Source: a virus (Duplodnaviria; Caudoviricetes). Taken from it: 64,000 nt of DNA. The notes beneath the pieces were generated by a model. That model was not told where the DNA came from. It saw nothing but the letters and a program-made list of their open reading frames with translations, and ran no database searches. Every line of letters begins with the position of its first letter. The first letter of the stretch is position 1. The DNA lies in IMG/VR virus record IMGVR_UViG_3300017763_003980; one strand, written 5' to 3'. Of this stretch, positions 59,422 through 64,000 are shown piece after piece. Both the position numbers and the translations under genes were made by a program.

Positions 59422-60912
59422 ATGGCATATCAAATAGATAGATACAGTAATACGCTTTTAACGAGTGTTGAAGACGGTACCGTTGACCAAACTACCGATT
59501 TAAAATTCATCGGTAAAAATTATGCAGGTTACGGTGAAATACAAAACGAAAACTTCCTGTTTTTGTTAGAAAATTTTAGTGGAGCAACAGCGCCATCGAG
59601 ACCGTTAAGCGGTCAGATTTGGTACGATACTTCAGTTTCAAAATTAAAATTTTATGACGGAACAAAATGGAGAACAAACGGAGGTTCGGAAGCATCAGCT
59701 ACGCAACCGACAGGATTATCAATAGGTGATTTTTGGTGGGATACTACTAATGATCAACTATATGTTTATAACGGCACAATATTCATACTAGTTGGCCCAC
59801 AGAACGCAGGCGACGGTGTAACCCAAATGCAAAGCCTCGAAGTTCTTGACACTAACGGTACTCAACGTAATATTATAGCAGGAACTGTAAATGGAGAAAC
59901 AGTTTACCTTGTGAGCTCTGCAGAATTTGATATAGGTGCTAGTAATACAATTGCAGGATTTGATAGGGTCAAAAAAGGTCTTACACTAGTTAATACAAAG
60001 TTAATTGATGACGGTGTTACAAACAGTACCAACGAAGCCGACAAGTATTATTATTATTGGGGCACTGCTCCAAATAGTTTAAAATTAGGTGGCGTAGCAG
60101 CTAGCCAATTTATTCAACAAGCAAGTGGTGGTGCAAACACAGTATTCACAACTGCTGTAGAATTTCCAGATGCAGGTATATTAATTGGTAACTCACAAGA
60201 TTTACAACTCTTTATTGAGAATGGAACAGAAGGTGTTATACAAAATGTAACCGGAAACAACAGTAAAATTAAAATTAAAAATACAAATGGTTCTGGAACA
60301 AATACGCATACTATGGATTTTACCTCAGGTGGGTTGATTCCAGCAGCAGATAATACAGTAACTTTAGGAAGTACTGGTTTTAAATGGGCAAATGTGTACG
60401 CTTCAAACTTCACAGGAGAAGCTTCGCAAGCTACGGCACTAAGAGTGGGCACAGATTTTAGAACAGCTAGTTCGAGTGCATCAAACAATACTGTAGCAGT
60501 TAGAGATGCTACAGGAAATATTGCAGCTAACTTATTCCAAGGTACTGCTACACAAGCACGTTATGCTGACTTAGCAGAAAATTATGCAACAGATCAAGAT
60601 TATCCGGTCGGTACAGCAATGGCAGTTGGCGGAGAAGCTGAAGCAAGGTCTGCAAACATTGGCGATCATTGTATTGGTGTTATATCAGATAAACCTGCTT
60701 ACTTAATGAACTCAGATGCTGAAGGTCAAGCAGTTGGCTTAAAAGGTAGGGTTCCGGTAAGAGTTAGTGGTCCTATATCAAAAGGACAAGCAGTGTATGC
60801 CTGGAAAGATGGAGTATGCAGCACTATTACAACTAATGCACTAGTCGGAGTAGCACTTGAAACAAGTACTGAAGAAGGTGAAAAATTAGTTGAATGTGTG
60901 CTAAAAGTTTAA
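59422..60912 (+). CDS. Fibre protein with C-terminal intramolecular-chaperone (peptidase G2-like) domain
   Basis: YADLAENY...GVISDKPAYLMN...VGLKGRVPVRV; same N-terminal module as the two upstream genes. Confidence 0.7.
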   Translation: MAYQIDRYSNTLLTSVEDGTVDQTTDLKFIGKNYAGYGEIQNENFLFLLENFSGATAPSRPLSGQIWYDTSVSKLKFYDGTKWRTNGGSEASATQPTGLSIGDFWWDTTNDQLYVYNGTIFILVGPQNAGDGVTQMQSLEVLDTNGTQRNIIAGTVNGETVYLVSSAEFDIGASNTIAGFDRVKKGLTLVNTKLIDDGVTNSTNEADKYYYYWGTAPNSLKLGGVAASQFIQQASGGANTVFTTAVEFPDAGILIGNSQDLQLFIENGTEGVIQNVTGNNSKIKIKNTNGSGTNTHTMDFTSGGLIPAADNTVTLGSTGFKWANVYASNFTGEASQATALRVGTDFRTASSSASNNTVAVRDATGNIAANLFQGTATQARYADLAENYATDQDYPVGTAMAVGGEAEARSANIGDHCIGVISDKPAYLMNSDAEGQAVGLKGRVPVRVSGPISKGQAVYAWKDGVCSTITTNALVGVALETSTEEGEKLVECVLKV

Positions 60913-60924
60913 GGATTTTAACTA

Positions 60925-63057
60925 ATGGCCGATATTACCGCAGCACGATTAAACAACTTACAATCTAGAATTGAGCTCATACTAGGGCAAGGTAGCGGCA
61001 CCAGCGGTTACGGTCAAACTGTCACAAGCACTCCTGTAAACAATACCAGTGATTTAGTAGATGCTGATCATATTAATAACATTTATACTGATTTGGTAAA
61101 ATCTAGGATACACCAAGTAGGTGTTACAGAAACTGGCATTAGACAAGTTATTGAAGACCTAAATACTATTGCAGAAGAAACTAGCCAACAAGTTAACGAT
61201 GATGGCGTGTTAGCAGGCGATGCAGAAGGTACCCTAAAAGGTATTGCCGATTACGAAACGTTAATGAATAGTATTGAAACTGACAAGCTTTTAGTACATC
61301 CTACACAAGCAGCATTAGAACCTAAAATTACAAGCACACGTACAGCCACATGGAACGGGTTAATATATCATGTATTTACAGTAACATTTGATGACGAACC
61401 ACATAGAAGACATTTCTTTAATGCAGGCGGAGAAATAAGATTATCAGCTAATAACACTGGAGCAGCTACACCTAAAGGATTAGACTGGGCTGCACTATGT
61501 GGTGAAATAGGTGTGATTAAATTTGCATCAACGGTAACTACTGCTACGGGATCAGGACAAGGTTATGCAATAGGTAATAACAGTTTAACATCATCATATC
61601 AAACAGTTTTCTTAAAAACAGGATCAGGAAGCTACAGCGGAGTTTATGCAGGAAACCTGTACACTATTAAAGCAAGAACAGCAAATAACCAAACAATAGA
61701 ATTTAGAGTAGAATTTAACGATGTTGTCACAGATAATCAAATTGATAATAATGTTGACGGTACACTTACAAGCACAGTTCAGCAGTATAGAGCTGTAGGT
61801 GCAACTAGTGTTACAGTTCCTACACCAACTTATTTTACTACAGTACAATTAAGCGGATTTGCTGTACCGCAGGACAATAATACACCTACTTACACAATTT
61901 CTACAGTGCCACAGAGTTCAGTAAATGAAGGCGCTACTATTACGTATACTCTAACTACTAGCAATGTACCTAACAGCACCGCAGTACCGTATACTATCAC
62001 AGGTGTTACTACTAGTGACTTGGACGGACAGCCGCTGACTGGAAACTTTATAGTTCAAAATAATACAGCTTCATTATCTATAGGCATAACATCAGATAAT
62101 TTAACTGAAGGTGCAGAACAAATTACACTCACTCTTAACAATGGTGCTGCATCTAGGACACTACAAATAAATGATACAAGTGTAGCTAATAATGCATACT
62201 ACTATGATCCACACTGGTACAATGAATTTTCAAGTACCTACTTAGCAAATATTCCAAAAGATTCAGCTGTCAATATTGGTAGAACAATCGGTAATCAGCT
62301 GTATAGAGGCAACGGCACTTATCAAAACTCACTAGGACAAACTAGATACGGATTGTTTAGACGTCCTGGAGCAGCAGGTCCTGCGTATTGGACAGAATAC
62401 TGGTACAACACATATCATGCATCAGGACCAAATGAAGATATAACACAACATCCAAGCTGGCCTGCATTTTATAGAGTACTCTTTAGTAGTGCTGATGCAT
62501 CTAAATGGCCAGTAGGGTTTACAGAAAACGGTGTAGCAATACCAAACACACTAGAAAATTGGGAATCATATAGAACTACAATTCAAAACAAAAGATTTAT
62601 CAATGGCGATGGAGTAGGTGATTTTGGTAATAGAGGCACCCCACTTACACAAGTACCTCCGCAACAGCCATCACCACCGTCAGAAAACTTTGCGTTTACA
62701 GTTACTCCAGCAGGCGGCATGAACTTTAATGTTCCAAAGAGCCAAGGAATGCTTACATTTAACTTTACAGTAACATGTACATCAGGATCCGGAAGCTTTA
62801 CAGCTCAAGAAACAAGCAGACCTACTGCAATTCCTGTGGCAGTAGATAATTCGTTTAGTTCAGGCTTTCCGGGACAACCATCTGGGAACACAGCCTCTAA
62901 AACTTATGCTCTAACATCAGGACAGTCAAGAGCAATTGCATTTAAGATCTATCTAGGCGCTGTTGGCACATGGTCTGGTACTTTTGCAATACTTGAGTCT
63001 ACAGGTGCAGGTCAAATGATTAGTAAGGGCTGGGGCGGAACAATCAGGTCAGGTTAA
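60925..63057 (+). CDS. Virion structural/fibre protein (710 aa)
   Basis: GSGTSGYGQ and RRHFFNAGGEIR motifs; SVNEGATITYTL Ig-like unit. Confidence 0.65.
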   Translation: MADITAARLNNLQSRIELILGQGSGTSGYGQTVTSTPVNNTSDLVDADHINNIYTDLVKSRIHQVGVTETGIRQVIEDLNTIAEETSQQVNDDGVLAGDAEGTLKGIADYETLMNSIETDKLLVHPTQAALEPKITSTRTATWNGLIYHVFTVTFDDEPHRRHFFNAGGEIRLSANNTGAATPKGLDWAALCGEIGVIKFASTVTTATGSGQGYAIGNNSLTSSYQTVFLKTGSGSYSGVYAGNLYTIKARTANNQTIEFRVEFNDVVTDNQIDNNVDGTLTSTVQQYRAVGATSVTVPTPTYFTTVQLSGFAVPQDNNTPTYTISTVPQSSVNEGATITYTLTTSNVPNSTAVPYTITGVTTSDLDGQPLTGNFIVQNNTASLSIGITSDNLTEGAEQITLTLNNGAASRTLQINDTSVANNAYYYDPHWYNEFSSTYLANIPKDSAVNIGRTIGNQLYRGNGTYQNSLGQTRYGLFRRPGAAGPAYWTEYWYNTYHASGPNEDITQHPSWPAFYRVLFSSADASKWPVGFTENGVAIPNTLENWESYRTTIQNKRFINGDGVGDFGNRGTPLTQVPPQQPSPPSENFAFTVTPAGGMNFNVPKSQGMLTFNFTVTCTSGSGSFTAQETSRPTAIPVAVDNSFSSGFPGQPSGNTASKTYALTSGQSRAIAFKIYLGAVGTWSGTFAILESTGAGQMISKGWGGTIRSG

Positions 63058-63102
63058 TGGTCGATTCTTTCCGATAAATAGTATTAGAGAGGTAATTCTT
63101 TA

Positions 63103-64000
63103 ATGCCAAATAAAGTACTAGCATCAAGATTTAATACATTAAAAGCTCGAGTAGACAAGCTACTCGGTCCTGCTACAGAAACAAATCGTAATTCTGCTGA
63201 TTATCGATTTGGGTATGGCGAAGCAATTGGCGACAATGTTGCTCAATCAAGCAGTAATGATCTTATTGATGCTCTAGCATATAAAAAACTTTATATGAAT
63301 ATACAAAAAGTACGCTATCATCAAGTAGGTACAGCAGCTTTTACGGCTGAAGCATATAAAGTAGGAGATTATCTATCAAACCTAGCTAATACTGATAAGG
63401 TTGAGGAAGCGTATACTATTGGTTTAGAAACACTTGCTACCAATATGGAAAATGATAAGTTATTGTTACATTCTACGCAAGCAGAAGTAACAATTTGTGA
63501 TCATGCTGAAAGTTCATACGGATCTTGGAACGGATCAATTAATCATATATTCACAGTAACATTCACCAGTGCTCAAGCTAGACGTGAATATTTTAACGCT
63601 GGCGGCCAAATTAGATTTCAGCCCAGCATGTCATATTCTGGCTCACAAGCAAAAACACTTGATTGGAAAAACATGTTAGCATCTATTGGTAGTGTAGATT
63701 TTGGTTGTGTAGGAACATATTCGTCTAACGGCTTTGGCCAAGAATACGGAGGCATTGGACACGAAATTATGACTAGTAGTTATCAAACCGCATATTTCGC
63801 TCAAGGTGGCGGAGTCTACAACCCCAATCAATATAGAATTTATGCTATGGAATTAAGTGATAGTGTACTTCAATTTAAGTGTGAATTTAATGATCCTAGT
63901 TACGGACAACCTGATGAATCTGTATTAGCTGATGTGCGTAATGATACTTTCTTTGTAAGAGCAAACGGCACAGCTCAAATTGATGGAACCCAAACAGTAA
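63103..64000 (+). CDS. Paralogue of 60925..63057, truncated by the window end (absent from ORF track)
   Basis: MPNKVLASRFNTLKARVDKLLG...RREYFNAGGQIRF; GATAAATA at 63073-63080 and GAGG SD; frame still open at 64000. Confidence 0.75.
   Translation, partial: MPNKVLASRFNTLKARVDKLLGPATETNRNSADYRFGYGEAIGDNVAQSSSNDLIDALAYKKLYMNIQKVRYHQVGTAAFTAEAYKVGDYLSNLANTDKVEEAYTIGLETLATNMENDKLLLHSTQAEVTICDHAESSYGSWNGSINHIFTVTFTSAQARREYFNAGGQIRFQPSMSYSGSQAKTLDWKNMLASIGSVDFGCVGTYSSNGFGQEYGGIGHEIMTSSYQTAYFAQGGGVYNPNQYRIYAMELSDSVLQFKCEFNDPSYGQPDESVLADVRNDTFFVRANGTAQIDGTQTV

Noticed and set aside
28449-60488. Minus-strand ORFs over the baseplate/fibre operon
   Set aside because: Antisense to long genuine genes; shadow-frame composition
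1-64000. Alternative genetic code (stop recoding)
   Set aside because: Very long ORFs are intact under code 11, and TAG/TGA end genes at sensible positions
1-64000. tRNA, tmRNA, rRNA, tail sheath or terminase genes
   Set aside because: No cloverleaf, tmRNA ends or gp17/gp18 motifs recognised in this window; they probably lie elsewhere in the genome

Overview
AT-rich window of a large T4-superfamily tailed phage with a contractile-type baseplate; host not determinable. Left half (minus strand): a truncated giant fibre/spike gene, a cluster of paralogous virion proteins, the head module (gp23 capsid, gp22 scaffold, gp21 protease, acidic core protein, gp20 portal) and a tape-measure gene. Middle: a gp26/gp51-like chaperone pair, a GIY-YIG nuclease, gp46/gp47 and a gp55-like late sigma factor. 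Right half (plus strand): baseplate and fibre operon (tube-like protein, gp53, hub, gp5 with a muramidase domain, gp25, gp6, a 5173-aa protein, collar/fibre paralogues). The strongest signals missed by the ORF track are: (1) a ~250-nt structured non-coding RNA candidate with its own sigma70 promoter and terminator right after the capsid gene; (2) a ~410-nt structured, pseudoknotted RNA candidate trailing the GIY-YIG gene; (3) a -1 frameshift cassette (T TTT TTC plus hairpin) that would fuse the gp26-like and gp51-like ORFs; (4) structured leaders and a shared TACGCA motif at late promoters. All family calls come from motif recognition by eye, without database searches.
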